64,000 nt of DNA from a candidate division FCPU426 bacterium (lineage in GTDB: Bacteria > Oederibacteriota > Muellerivitia > Muellerivitales > Muellerivitaceae), in the NCBI GenBank assembly GCA_963847625.1, contig CAWKAR010000060.1:1-64000 (forward strand). Reading direction: 5' to 3'. Under the pieces are notes generated by a model. The model was not told the origin of the DNA. It did not search any database and saw only the letters and a program-made list of their open reading frames with translations. Positions within the stretch are counted from its first letter, which is position 1; each line of letters begins with the position of its first letter. Made by a program: the position numbers and the translations under genes. Positions 32,103-41,877 of the stretch are shown here, piece after piece.

Positions 32103-32221
32103 GGACGAGAACCTTGGGAAAGGGTCGGGGGAAACGCGAGTTTCCCCGCTTTTATGACGGGTCCATAGGGGAATCCCCCTATGAACGCGAAAGCGTGGTT
32201 CGATGTCCTATTCGCCTACTA
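32103..32221 (+). mobile_element. tRNA-associated multi-hairpin element ending in a decayed copy of the tRNA-Val 3' end
   Basis: GGTTCGATGTCCTATTCGCCTACTA (32197-32221) versus tRNA GGTTCGAGTCCTGTTTCGCCCACCA (32064-32088). Same hairpin order as 27780-27899. Confidence 0.65.
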
Positions 32222-32338
32222 AAATTAATTACCAAGGGCGAGAGCCTTGAGAATGGCTCGGAAGATTGGCTTGTTTTTTTAAGGGTTTTAGTTAGAATTG
32301 CCTTCCCTGCAACAAAATTCTTCTGGCGATCAATAACT

Positions 32339-32414
32339 GGGGGCGTAGCTCAGCTGGGAGAGCACTTCCATGGCATGGAAGGGGTCGTGGGTTCGATCCC
32401 CATCGCCTCCACCA
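32339..32414 (+). tRNA. tRNA-Ala(GGC)
   Basis: CTTCC-AT-GGC-AT-GGAAG; G3-U70; CCA. Confidence 0.95.
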
Positions 32415-32507
32415 GTTTTATTTTCTAAAGACCAAACAACAACAGTAGAGATACCAGAAAGAATTAAAAAGAATGGGTTTGGACTGCGAAAATCGAAAAG
32501 GTTTCCC

Positions 32508-33653
32508 ATGCGCACTCGCGAACAGCTTGAAAAAATAGAACAAGAAACCTTGGTGCCATGCGCCCAAAAATCGATGGAAAGCCGGGGACGTGAACATCCC
32601 GAGCCAGAACATCCTTACCGCACGGCTTTCCAAAGGGACAGGGACCGAATCATCCATTCATCCGCTTTCAGGCGCCTTCAATATAAAACCCAGGTTTTCG
32701 TCAACCACGAGGGGGATTATTACCGGACCCGGATCACCCACACCCTCGAGGTGGCCCAAATCGCTCGTTCCATCGCCAGGCCCCTGGGATTGAACCAGGA
32801 CTTGACGGAAGCGGTGGCATTATCCCACGACCTGGGCCATACGCCTTTCGGCCATTCCGGTGAAAAAGTTTTGAACGATATCATGAAAAACGACGGTGGT
32901 TTCGAACATAACGCCCAAAGTTACAGGGTCGTAACGCATTTAGAGGACAAATATCCCTCATTCCGGGGCTTGAACCTTTCCTTTGAGGTTCTGGAAGGAA
33001 TCGACAAGCACCGAACCCGTTATGACCGGCAGGCGGACACCGGAGAACAATACACACTTGAGGCCCAGATCGTGGACCTTTCCGATGAAATCGCCTACAC
33101 CTCCCATGACGTTGACGATGGGTTGTATTCCGGACTTCTTGATCTCGAAGCTTTGGATGAAATACCACTCTGGAAACGAAACTTGGAAAAAGTAAAATCC
33201 GCGGACCCGGACATGAACAAGGAAAAATTGAAATATCAGGCTGTCCGGGAGCTTATCAATGAACAAGTGACCGACCTTTTGAATGAAACCGACCGCCGAC
33301 TCGCGTCCTTTGGCATCCAGACCTCTCAGGATGTGCGTAAATGCCCCGAGGAACTTGCGGCTTTTTCGGCTGATTTCCTACACCAACACTCAGAGCTGAA
33401 GCGTTACTTGTTCCAACATATGTACCGGCATCACAAGGTGACCCGCATGGAATCGAAAGCCACCCGGATCCTTCAGGAATTATTCCGGCTTTACGAGGGA
33501 AGCCCCGAAATCCTCCCGGCCAATACCCGCGAAAAAATCCGCAACCAACAGGAGCCGATCCGCCGGATTATCTGTGACTACATCGCCGGAATGACGGACC
33601 GATACGCCATTGAGGAATACGCGAAACTGACGGAACCATCCATGCGGGTCTAA
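32508..33653 (+). CDS. dgt: Deoxyguanosinetriphosphate triphosphohydrolase (HD domain)
   Basis: RTAFQRDRDRIIHS..FRRL.YKTQV, RTRITHT, HDLGHTPFGHSGE and DYIAGMTD. Confidence 0.95.
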   Translation: MRTREQLEKIEQETLVPCAQKSMESRGREHPEPEHPYRTAFQRDRDRIIHSSAFRRLQYKTQVFVNHEGDYYRTRITHTLEVAQIARSIARPLGLNQDLTEAVALSHDLGHTPFGHSGEKVLNDIMKNDGGFEHNAQSYRVVTHLEDKYPSFRGLNLSFEVLEGIDKHRTRYDRQADTGEQYTLEAQIVDLSDEIAYTSHDVDDGLYSGLLDLEALDEIPLWKRNLEKVKSADPDMNKEKLKYQAVRELINEQVTDLLNETDRRLASFGIQTSQDVRKCPEELAAFSADFLHQHSELKRYLFQHMYRHHKVTRMESKATRILQELFRLYEGSPEILPANTREKIRNQQEPIRRIICDYIAGMTDRYAIEEYAKLTEPSMRV

Positions 33654-33733
33654 GCCTGGAAGTGACTCCTTTTCAAGCGAAATCCCTTTTGATAGGTAAA
33701 TGGCCCCTTAATTCCCAGCCCGTTCACCCCAGG

Positions 33734-33820
33734 TTGACAGCATTCTTCCTTTAACTTAAGATGACTTTGTTAAAAGTCCCCGTAAGTGCGCCTCAAGCGT
33801 TTTGCTTACGGGGGCTTTTT
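33734..33820 (+). promoter_or_regulatory. arg operon promoter followed by a terminator-like leader hairpin
   Basis: TTGACA-N17-TAAGAT, then a 15-bp stem (33772-33786/33805-33819) ending in a T-run before the argD RBS. Confidence 0.5.
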
Positions 33821-33838
33821 CATTTTGAGGAGAAAAAA

Positions 33839-35041
33839 ATGGAAACATACCAGATCATCCAGCAGGGCGACGATTATCTTTTGCCGGTTTATAACCGGAA
33901 AAAGATCGTGCTGATGCGCGGGGAAGGTGTCCATGTTTATGACTCCGAAAGGATCGTATACCTCGACTTTTTCTCCGGAATCGCGGTGAACGGATTGGGG
34001 CAGGCCCATCCGGACGTGGTGAACGCCATCATCGAGGAGACGAAAAAACTCGGGCATGTTTCCAACTATTACTACAACGAACCCAACGTGAGGCTCGCCA
34101 AGCTGCTTTGCGACATATCCTTCGCGCAAAAGGTTTTTTTCTGCAATTCCGGCACGGAGGCGGTCGAAGCCGCCATCAAATTGACGAGAAAGTATTTCCG
34201 CGGGAAGGGGCAGGAAAAATTCGAGATCATCAGTTTTTACAATTCCTTCCATGGCAGGACTCTGGGGGCCCTTTCGGCCACCGGACAGGTCAAGTTCCAG
34301 GAAGGATTGGAACCCCTCTTGCCGGGTTTCAAGCACGCGACTTTTAACAACATTGAAAGCGTGAAAAAACTGGCCGGAGACAAAACGGCCGCCATTCTGG
34401 TTGAGCCCATCCAATGCGAGGGGGGAATCCGCATCGCTGCGCCGTCATTTTTAAAGGAATTAAGGGATTTGTGCACCGAAAAGGGAATTTTCCTCATTCT
34501 GGACGAAGTGCAATGCGGAATGGGGCGCACCGGAAAGATGTGGGCCTACGAGCATTACGGAATCGAGCCGGACATGATGACCGCGGCGAAGGCACTCGGG
34601 GGAGGTTTGCCCATGGGCGCCCTTTTGGTCAACAACCAGGCGGCGCAAGGCTTCAAACCGGGTGACCACGCCTCCACCTTCGGGGGAAATCCCATCGTGA
34701 GCGCGGCGTCCATCGCCACGATTGAAGTCATCATCGGAAAGGACCTTTTGCAGCACGCCACCCACGAAGGGGAATACCTGAAGCAGGGGCTCCAATCCGT
34801 CCTGAAGGAATTCCCGAAACTGTTCACCGAATGGAGAGGGATGGGCCTCATCCAGGGGCTTGAAATGACGGAAAAAGCCTCTTCATTGGTGGATTTCTGC
34901 GCCCGCCAGGGCTTGTTGGTGGGAAGCGCCAACGAAAACGTCCTACGGTTCCTGCCGCCCCTGGTGATCAAGCATCCGGATATCGACCAGGCGATTGAAA
35001 AACTTAAAAAAGCTATCGCTGAAGAACTTAAACCTGCCTGA
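33839..35041 (+). CDS. argD: Acetylornithine aminotransferase
   Basis: FCNSGTEA, SFHGRT, EPIQCEGG, DEVQ and AKALGGG. ATG after GAGGAG. Confidence 0.93.
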   Translation: METYQIIQQGDDYLLPVYNRKKIVLMRGEGVHVYDSERIVYLDFFSGIAVNGLGQAHPDVVNAIIEETKKLGHVSNYYYNEPNVRLAKLLCDISFAQKVFFCNSGTEAVEAAIKLTRKYFRGKGQEKFEIISFYNSFHGRTLGALSATGQVKFQEGLEPLLPGFKHATFNNIESVKKLAGDKTAAILVEPIQCEGGIRIAAPSFLKELRDLCTEKGIFLILDEVQCGMGRTGKMWAYEHYGIEPDMMTAAKALGGGLPMGALLVNNQAAQGFKPGDHASTFGGNPIVSAASIATIEVIIGKDLLQHATHEGEYLKQGLQSVLKEFPKLFTEWRGMGLIQGLEMTEKASSLVDFCARQGLLVGSANENVLRFLPPLVIKHPDIDQAIEKLKKAIAEELKPA

Positions 35042-35050
35042 GGTTATTCC

Positions 35051-35992
35051 ATGCAAAAGAAACCGAGACATTTATTGACGCTACAGGAATTTTCCACCAG
35101 GGAAATCCTGGATTTTTTGAACCTGGCCCGGGCGATGAAGAAAAATCCCCTCAAGTACCAATATGCCTTGAATGGACAATGCCTGGCCATGATTTTCGAT
35201 AAGAGTTCCACCCGGACGAGGGTTTCTTTCGAGGTCGGAATAACCCAATTGGGGGGACACGCCCTTTTCATGAACGGAACCGACCTGCAGTTGGGCAGGG
35301 GGGAAACCATTTCCGACACGGCCAAAGTCCTGTCCCGCTACGTCCAGGGGATCATGGTCCGGACCTTCGCCCACCGGATTGTCGAGGAACTCGCCGCGAA
35401 CTCGGCCATCCCCGTCATCAACGGACTGACCGACAGCCACCATCCCTGCCAGATCCTGGCCGACATGCAGACCATCCTGGAGGCTTTCAAGAAATTGAAT
35501 GGAATCCAGGTGGTCTTTGTAGGCGATGGCAACAACGTGGCCCACAGCCTTCTGATTGGCGCTGCAAAAACGGGCATGCATCTCAGGCTGGTTTGCCCCG
35601 AAGGATACCAACCGGATTCTTCCATCCTGGATTACGCGCAAAAAGAAGCCAAAAAAACCGGCAGCCGGATCGAGGTGACCTCGAAGGTCAAAGGCTCGGC
35701 CGCTGGCGCCCAGGTGGTTTATACGGATGTTTGGGCCAGCATGGGACAGGAAAAGGAAAAATCCAAACGTCATGAGGATTTCCAAGGCTTCCAAGTCGAT
35801 CAGAGACTCATGTCGGAATCCCCGCGCGCCATATTCCTCCATTGCCTGCCTGCCCACCGGGGGGAGGAAGTGTCCGCTGACGTGATCGACGGGCCCAGGT
35901 CCCGGGTTTGGGACGAGGCGGAAAACCGGTTGCACGCCCAAAAGGCGGTGCTCGCGACCCTGATGGGCAAAACAACAAGGAGCAAACCATGA
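35051..35992 (+). CDS. argF: Ornithine carbamoyltransferase
   Basis: SSTRTR, HPCQ, DVWASMG and HCLP. Confidence 0.97.
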   Translation: MQKKPRHLLTLQEFSTREILDFLNLARAMKKNPLKYQYALNGQCLAMIFDKSSTRTRVSFEVGITQLGGHALFMNGTDLQLGRGETISDTAKVLSRYVQGIMVRTFAHRIVEELAANSAIPVINGLTDSHHPCQILADMQTILEAFKKLNGIQVVFVGDGNNVAHSLLIGAAKTGMHLRLVCPEGYQPDSSILDYAQKEAKKTGSRIEVTSKVKGSAAGAQVVYTDVWASMGQEKEKSKRHEDFQGFQVDQRLMSESPRAIFLHCLPAHRGEEVSADVIDGPRSRVWDEAENRLHAQKAVLATLMGKTTRSKP

Positions 35993-37200
35993 AAAACATA
36001 AAAAAAGTGGTCCTGGCCTATTCCGGGGGCTTGGATACATCCATCATCATTCCGTGGCTCAAGGAAAATTACGGCTGTGAAGTGATTGCCTATATCGCCG
36101 ATGTGGGCCAAGGGGATGACCTGAATGACGTACAAAACAAGGCATTGAGTACCGGCGCGAAAAAAGCGTTTGTGCAAAACCTTCAAAAGGACTTCATCGA
36201 AAACTATTGTTTTCTGGCTTTAAGGGCGCAGGCCAAGTATGAGGGCGTTTATCTTTTGGGAACTTCCCTGGCAAGACCGGTCATCGCCAAGGGCATGGTT
36301 GAAACGGCCCTGAGGGAGGGAGCGGATGCGGTTGCCCACGGCTGTACAGGCAAAGGCAACGACCAAGTCCGATTCGAGTTGACAACCATGGCCATGGCTC
36401 CCCACCTGAAGGTTATCGCCCCATGGAGGGAATGGAAAATCAGGTCCCGGGAAGACGCCATCGATTACGCGAAAAAACACGGCGTGGAAGTACCGGTCAC
36501 TAAAAAACGGCCCTATTCCATGGACGGAAACCTCTGGCACTTAAGCCACGAGGGCGGGGAACTGGAAGATCCCTGGAACGCGCCTTCCAAGCACGTATTC
36601 CTGACGACCCAGGACCCCGCAAAGGCACCGTCCAAATCCAGGAGTATGGCGGTTTCGTTTATAAACGGGAAGCCGACCGGCATCAACGGGAAAAAAATGG
36701 ACGGGCCTGCTTTGGTGAAGGCTCTGAACCAAGCAGCTGCGCTTTACGGAATCGGCCGGGTGGATATGGTGGAAAACCGGCTGATTGGCATGAAAAGCCG
36801 GGGCGTTTATGAGTCGCCCGGGGCTACGGTGCTATACGAGGCGCACCGGGCACTGCAAAGCTTGACGGTCGAGAGGGAACTTCTGCATTTCGGGCAGGTT
36901 CTCTCGGTAAAATACGCCGAACTGGTTTATTACGGCCAATGGTTTTCACCCCTTCGGGATGGGTTGGAGGCCTTTTTCAATGAAATGCAAAAAACCGTGA
37001 CCGGAGAAGTGCGGGTGTCCCTGCATCCGGGCCGGGTGGTGGCCAACGGCGTGAAATCGCCTTATTCGCTCTACCAGGAAGCCTTGGCGACTTTTGGCCG
37101 GGACGCGGTGTATAACCAGAAGGATGCGGAAGGGTTCATCAAGCTTTTCGGTTTGCCGATGAAAGTCGTCGGAATGGTAAAAAGAAAGAAGAAATTTTAA
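35989..37200 (+). CDS. argG: Argininosuccinate synthase
   Basis: AYSGGLDTS, HGCTGKGNDQVRF and ENRLIGMKSRGVYE. Confidence 0.97.
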   Translation: MKNIKKVVLAYSGGLDTSIIIPWLKENYGCEVIAYIADVGQGDDLNDVQNKALSTGAKKAFVQNLQKDFIENYCFLALRAQAKYEGVYLLGTSLARPVIAKGMVETALREGADAVAHGCTGKGNDQVRFELTTMAMAPHLKVIAPWREWKIRSREDAIDYAKKHGVEVPVTKKRPYSMDGNLWHLSHEGGELEDPWNAPSKHVFLTTQDPAKAPSKSRSMAVSFINGKPTGINGKKMDGPALVKALNQAAALYGIGRVDMVENRLIGMKSRGVYESPGATVLYEAHRALQSLTVERELLHFGQVLSVKYAELVYYGQWFSPLRDGLEAFFNEMQKTVTGEVRVSLHPGRVVANGVKSPYSLYQEALATFGRDAVYNQKDAEGFIKLFGLPMKVVGMVKRKKKF

Positions 37201-37214
37201 ATTCGAGGTCGTTC

Positions 37215-38618
37215 ATGAAAAAAACATGGGGCGGGAGATTCAAAAAAAACACCGATCCTCAAGTCGAGGCCTTTACCGAGTCTATCTCCTTCGACCATCG
37301 GTTGGGGCTTTTCGATATCGAGGCCAGCCTGGCCCATGTCCAAGCCCTGGCAAAGGCCAAGCTTTTAAAACCGGATGAAGGGAAAAAACTTACCGCCGGT
37401 CTTCAAAAGGTGAAAAGGCTTTATTCGGCGGGGAAGTTGCCGGTGGATTCAAGTCTGGAGGATATCCATACCGCCGTGGAAAACGCCCTGACGCGCATCG
37501 TCGGCCCTCTGGGGGGAAAGCTTCATACGGGAAGGTCCCGGAACGACCAGGTCGCCACCGATTTCAGGCTCTATTTGCGCCACGCGGTTAAAAACGTGGT
37601 TCTGGCGGGCTGCGGCCTGATTGAAGTCATTCAAAAACGCTCGCTCCGGGAAAAAGAAACCATCCTTCCGGGTTACACCCACCTTCAAAGGGCGATGCCG
37701 GTGACCTTAGGACACCATTTGGCTGCCTATGCCTACATGTTCTGCAGGGACATGGACCGGTTCTTATCCGCTTGGGCAAGAGCTGACGCCCTACCCCTGG
37801 GATCAGGCGCCCTGGCCGGAACCAACCACCCCCTTGACCGGAACGCAACGGCCCGGAATCTTGGGTTTAAGGCCATCCTGGAGAACAGCCTGGATGCGGT
37901 TTCGGACAGGGACGTCTTCGTGGATTTCCTTTCCGCCGCCGCGGTCACCCAAATGCACCTCTCCAGGCTTTCCGAGGACCTGATCCTCTGGTCCAGTGCG
38001 GAGTTCGGTTTCGCCGAAATGGACGACTCCTTCGCCACGGGCTCCAGCCTCATGCCCCAGAAAAAGAACCCGGACGTGGCCGAACTGGTCCGGGGAAAAA
38101 CGGGAAGGGTTTACGGGAATCTTTTGGGCCTTTTCACGGTATTAAAAGGCCTGCCGATGGCCTACAACCGGGACCTGCAGGAGGACAAACATTTCGTTTT
38201 CGATTCGGCGGACACGGTCCTTTCGTCCCTTCAAGTCATGACCGGCTTTTTAAGAACATTGAAATTCAACCGGGTTAGGATGAAGGATGCTGCTGACCGG
38301 GATTTGACCCTCTTGGCCACCGACTTGGCGGATCTATTGGTTAAAAAGGGGGTCCCGTTCAGGGAATCCCATGAAATCGTCGGCCGGGTCGTCCAATACG
38401 CGTTAAAACAAGGGAAACGGATCCAAGACTTGAGCGACAGCGAGTTGGGAAAATTCTCTGAATTCTTCCCGAAAAAGGCCACGAAAAACCTTTCCGTCAA
38501 GCTGTCCGTCTTACAAAAGAAAACACCGGGAGGGACCTCTCCTCGTAACGTCGAGCGGCAGGCCCTGATGCTTATAAAAATCGTTGGCCGGCTCCAAAAA
38601 ACCGCCCACGCCTTGTAA
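37215..38618 (+). CDS. argH: Argininosuccinate lyase
   Basis: WGGRF, HTGRSRNDQ, GYTHLQ and GSSLMPQKKNPD. Confidence 0.97.
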   Translation: MKKTWGGRFKKNTDPQVEAFTESISFDHRLGLFDIEASLAHVQALAKAKLLKPDEGKKLTAGLQKVKRLYSAGKLPVDSSLEDIHTAVENALTRIVGPLGGKLHTGRSRNDQVATDFRLYLRHAVKNVVLAGCGLIEVIQKRSLREKETILPGYTHLQRAMPVTLGHHLAAYAYMFCRDMDRFLSAWARADALPLGSGALAGTNHPLDRNATARNLGFKAILENSLDAVSDRDVFVDFLSAAAVTQMHLSRLSEDLILWSSAEFGFAEMDDSFATGSSLMPQKKNPDVAELVRGKTGRVYGNLLGLFTVLKGLPMAYNRDLQEDKHFVFDSADTVLSSLQVMTGFLRTLKFNRVRMKDAADRDLTLLATDLADLLVKKGVPFRESHEIVGRVVQYALKQGKRIQDLSDSELGKFSEFFPKKATKNLSVKLSVLQKKTPGGTSPRNVERQALMLIKIVGRLQKTAHAL

Positions 38619-38630
38619 TAAGAGGAAATC

Positions 38631-39878
38631 ATGCAAGGTTTCCATTTAAAGAAAAACCGTTGGTACGCTGAAGGAACCGAGCTTTCAAAGATTGCTCAAA
38701 AAGCCGGAACGCCTTGCTACGTTTATTGCCTGTCTTCCTTCGAGGAAAAATGGAAGGAAATGGATCGGGCTTTCAAATCCGTCCCCCATCTAGAGGCCTA
38801 CTCCATTAAAGTCAATTCAAACCTTTCGGTTGTCCACGCCCTCGCCCGGATAGGGGCCGGGGCGGATGTCGTCTCGGGCGGGGAGATCCATATCGCCCTC
38901 CGAGCAGGAATTCCTGCGGATCGGATCATTTACGCCGGAGTTGGAAAAACCGACCGGGAAATCGCCTACGCGCTCGGGAAAGGCATCCGGTATTTCAACG
39001 TGGAATCCATCCCGGAAATGCTGGTTATCAACGAGATCGCCAAAAAACTCAGGAAAACCGCCCCCATCGCGGTTCGTTTCAATCCAGATGTGGATGCCAA
39101 AACCCATCACCACATTACCACCGGTAAAAAGGAAACGAAATTCGGTGTTGACCCAAAAGACCTTGTGGAGGTCATGAGGATCGCCCGAGAGTGCCGCAAT
39201 CTCAACTGGACCGGTATCCACATGCACATTGGGAGCCAGATGACTCAAACCAACTCCATCGGCCAAGCCGTGAAAGTCATGGAAAAACTGGTTTTAAAGC
39301 TCCGGCGCGAGGGTTTCCCAATTTATACCCTTAATATCGGAGGGGGCTACGGGATTGAATACCATGGAGAGAACCCCCCAAAACCTTCCCAATACGCCGC
39401 GCGTGTCCTGCCGGTGGTAAAAAAACTAAATGCCGATTTAATCCTGGAACCGGGGAGGTATATCGCGGGTAATTCGGGAGTGCTTCTAACCCGCGTGACT
39501 TACGTGAAAAGGGCTGGTTCCAAGACCTTTTATATCGTGGACGCAGGCATGGGGGAATTGATCCGCCCGGCGCTTTACGACGCCTACCACCGGATTGCGC
39601 CCGCCTCAGGAACCCAAAAACCGGTACTGAAAGCCGACGTGGTCGGGCCCATCTGCGAATCCACCGACTTTTTCGCGAAAAACCGTTCCCTTCCGAGTGT
39701 AAAAAGAGGGGATCTGTTGGTCGTTTTCTCGGCGGGAGCTTATGGAAGCGTCATGGGAAGCACCTACAACGCCCGCCCTTTGGCCCCCGAGGTCGTCGTG
39801 AGGGGGAACCGGTTCGCAGTTGCCCGCCGGCGTCAGAGTTGGCGGGACCTGATCCGCTTGGAAAGAATCACTCTTTAA
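38631..39878 (+). CDS. lysA: Diaminopimelate decarboxylase
   Basis: YSIKVN, HMHIGSQ, EPGR, GPICES and GAYG...YN. Confidence 0.95.
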   Translation: MQGFHLKKNRWYAEGTELSKIAQKAGTPCYVYCLSSFEEKWKEMDRAFKSVPHLEAYSIKVNSNLSVVHALARIGAGADVVSGGEIHIALRAGIPADRIIYAGVGKTDREIAYALGKGIRYFNVESIPEMLVINEIAKKLRKTAPIAVRFNPDVDAKTHHHITTGKKETKFGVDPKDLVEVMRIARECRNLNWTGIHMHIGSQMTQTNSIGQAVKVMEKLVLKLRREGFPIYTLNIGGGYGIEYHGENPPKPSQYAARVLPVVKKLNADLILEPGRYIAGNSGVLLTRVTYVKRAGSKTFYIVDAGMGELIRPALYDAYHRIAPASGTQKPVLKADVVGPICESTDFFAKNRSLPSVKRGDLLVVFSAGAYGSVMGSTYNARPLAPEVVVRGNRFAVARRRQSWRDLIRLERITL

Positions 39879-40087
39879 TCCCACCCTCATGATTCAAGAA
39901 CCACCCAAACCTGATTTCCGAAAATATTTTTCAAAATCGCCCGGTTTCCTCCCAGGCCCGAACCAGGTCGGGAGACTAGCCTCTGCAAAGTTTACTTGCG
40001 ATAGGATGTTAAATTTCCTAATATGAACTCTCATCGGCGTCAAAGCGGAAATAGTTTTTTATCATCGGTGAGAAAGAGGGAGAAAAA

Positions 40088-40984
40088 ATGTTTCGCGGTG
40101 CCTTTACAGCCCTGGTCACCCCTTTTAAAAACGGGGAAGTGGATTATTCCGCCCTGGAAGGCTTGATCGAGAACCAAATTACCGGGGGGATTGACGGCCT
40201 AGTCCCCTGCGGAACGACCGGCGAGTCACCCACCCTCAGCGAGAAGGAGCACGAGGACATCATCGCCTTCACGGTGAAAAAAGCGCGCAAACGGGTTCCC
40301 GTCATCGCCGGTACCGGCTCTAATTCCACCGCCGAAGCCGTTTTATACACCCAGTTCGCCAAGGAAGCAGGCGCGGATGCAGTCCTATTGGTTTGTCCTT
40401 ATTACAACAAACCCAGCCAGAGGGGCCTGCTCGCCCATTTCAAAGCCATCGCCGACAAAGTTCAAATTCCCCAGATCCTCTATAACATTCCGGGACGCAC
40501 AGGCATCAACCTGCTTCCTGAAACCCTCGCGGAACTCTCCCGCCACCGCAACATCGTGGGAGTGAAGGAAGCCAGCGGCAGCCTGGAACAGATGGCCAAA
40601 ATCAAATCTCTTTGCGGCGAGGATTTTGACCTGCTCTCGGGGGATGATCCACTCACCTTTTTCGTGCTCGAACTCGGGGGAGTGGGCGTCATTTCCGTCA
40701 CCTCGAACATTCTTCCCGGGGAAACCTCGAGAATGGTCCATAGTTATCTTGACGGAAAATCAGAGGAAAGCCGGCAGTTGTTCGATAAATACAACGACCT
40801 GGTCAAAGCGATCATGTCGGCGGACGTCAATCCCACCGGGATCAAGGCCGCGATGGCCCTTCGGGGCCAAATCGCGGAGGAATTAAGGCTCCCCCTCGTC
40901 CCCGTCACCAGCGAAGCCCGTGAAACCATCCGCAAACAAATGGACCGACTTGGTTTATTGAGCGCGGTCGGCCAAAAACGATGA
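40088..40984 (+). CDS. dapA: 4-hydroxy-tetrahydrodipicolinate synthase
   Basis: GTTGE, PYYNKP, YNIPGRT and GVKEA. Confidence 0.97.
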   Translation: MFRGAFTALVTPFKNGEVDYSALEGLIENQITGGIDGLVPCGTTGESPTLSEKEHEDIIAFTVKKARKRVPVIAGTGSNSTAEAVLYTQFAKEAGADAVLLVCPYYNKPSQRGLLAHFKAIADKVQIPQILYNIPGRTGINLLPETLAELSRHRNIVGVKEASGSLEQMAKIKSLCGEDFDLLSGDDPLTFFVLELGGVGVISVTSNILPGETSRMVHSYLDGKSEESRQLFDKYNDLVKAIMSADVNPTGIKAAMALRGQIAEELRLPLVPVTSEARETIRKQMDRLGLLSAVGQKR

Positions 40985-41802
40985 CTTTGAGAATAGCGGT
41001 CTCGGGCGCGGGTGGAAGGATGGGCTCCCACATCCTGGGCTTGGCGGCCAGGGACAAGCGCTTTGAAATCGCAGGGGCCCTGGAAATTCCAACCCACCCG
41101 TTCCAAAGGAAGCCCTTGGCCGCCCTCTGGCCCGGTTTTGGAATCAGGAATAACTCGGCTCTCCAACCGTCCCTCAAGACCTTCCCCGTCATGCCCCAGG
41201 TCTTGATCGATTTCACCCAGCCGCCTGCCACCCTTCAGTATTTAAAGGATGCGCTGTCCCTGGGGGTCAAAATGGTGATCGGAACCACCGGGTTTTCCGC
41301 GTCTGAGAAAAAAAGCATAAAGAACGCCTCTAAAAAAATCCCCATTGTCATGGCCCCCAATATGGGAATCGGAATGAACCTTCTTTTCTCCCTGGTGGAG
41401 GAAACGGCCCGCAGACTGGGCACGGACTATGACGTCGAAATCTCGGAAACACACCATAACCTGAAAAAAGACGCGCCTTCGGGTTCCGCCTTTGCCTTGG
41501 GGGAAGCCGTGGCCCGGGCCTGGAAAGTGGACCTCAGTAAAGTTTCCAGCCATGGCCGGAAGGGCAAGACGGGGGAAAGGGTCAAGGGAACCATCGGGTT
41601 TCACGCCATTCGGGGCGGGGACATCGTCGGGGACCATACGGTTCTTTTCGCCGGCGCGGGGGAGCGATTGGAATTGACCCACCGGGCCCATAGCCGGGTG
41701 GCATTAGCCCAGGGCGCCCTGAAAGCCGCCCTGTTCCTCGAAAAAAGGAAGAACGGGTTCTTCAACATGGGGGATGTCCTGGGTCTTCATTCGAAGCGTT
41801 AA
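40981..41802 (+). CDS. dapB: 4-hydroxy-tetrahydrodipicolinate reductase
   Basis: GAGGRMG, IGTTG and ETHHNLKKDAPSG. Confidence 0.96.
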   Translation: MTLRIAVSGAGGRMGSHILGLAARDKRFEIAGALEIPTHPFQRKPLAALWPGFGIRNNSALQPSLKTFPVMPQVLIDFTQPPATLQYLKDALSLGVKMVIGTTGFSASEKKSIKNASKKIPIVMAPNMGIGMNLLFSLVEETARRLGTDYDVEISETHHNLKKDAPSGSAFALGEAVARAWKVDLSKVSSHGRKGKTGERVKGTIGFHAIRGGDIVGDHTVLFAGAGERLELTHRAHSRVALAQGALKAALFLEKRKNGFFNMGDVLGLHSKR

Positions 41803-41877
41803 AAAAACCGCTTATCTGAAACTTTTCTTTTTTTCCCTGCGAAGTTTTTCCTTGTTCATTACTTTTTTTATTTCGAG

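Noticed and set aside
35081..36040. Long antisense ORFs (also 21401-22351, 28033-28818, 30332-31075, 62821-63597)
   Set aside because: These are shadows of well-supported genes on the opposite strand and have no motifs of their own.
39879..40087. Lysine riboswitch between lysA and dapA
   Set aside because: No recognisable L-box consensus or terminator/antiterminator.
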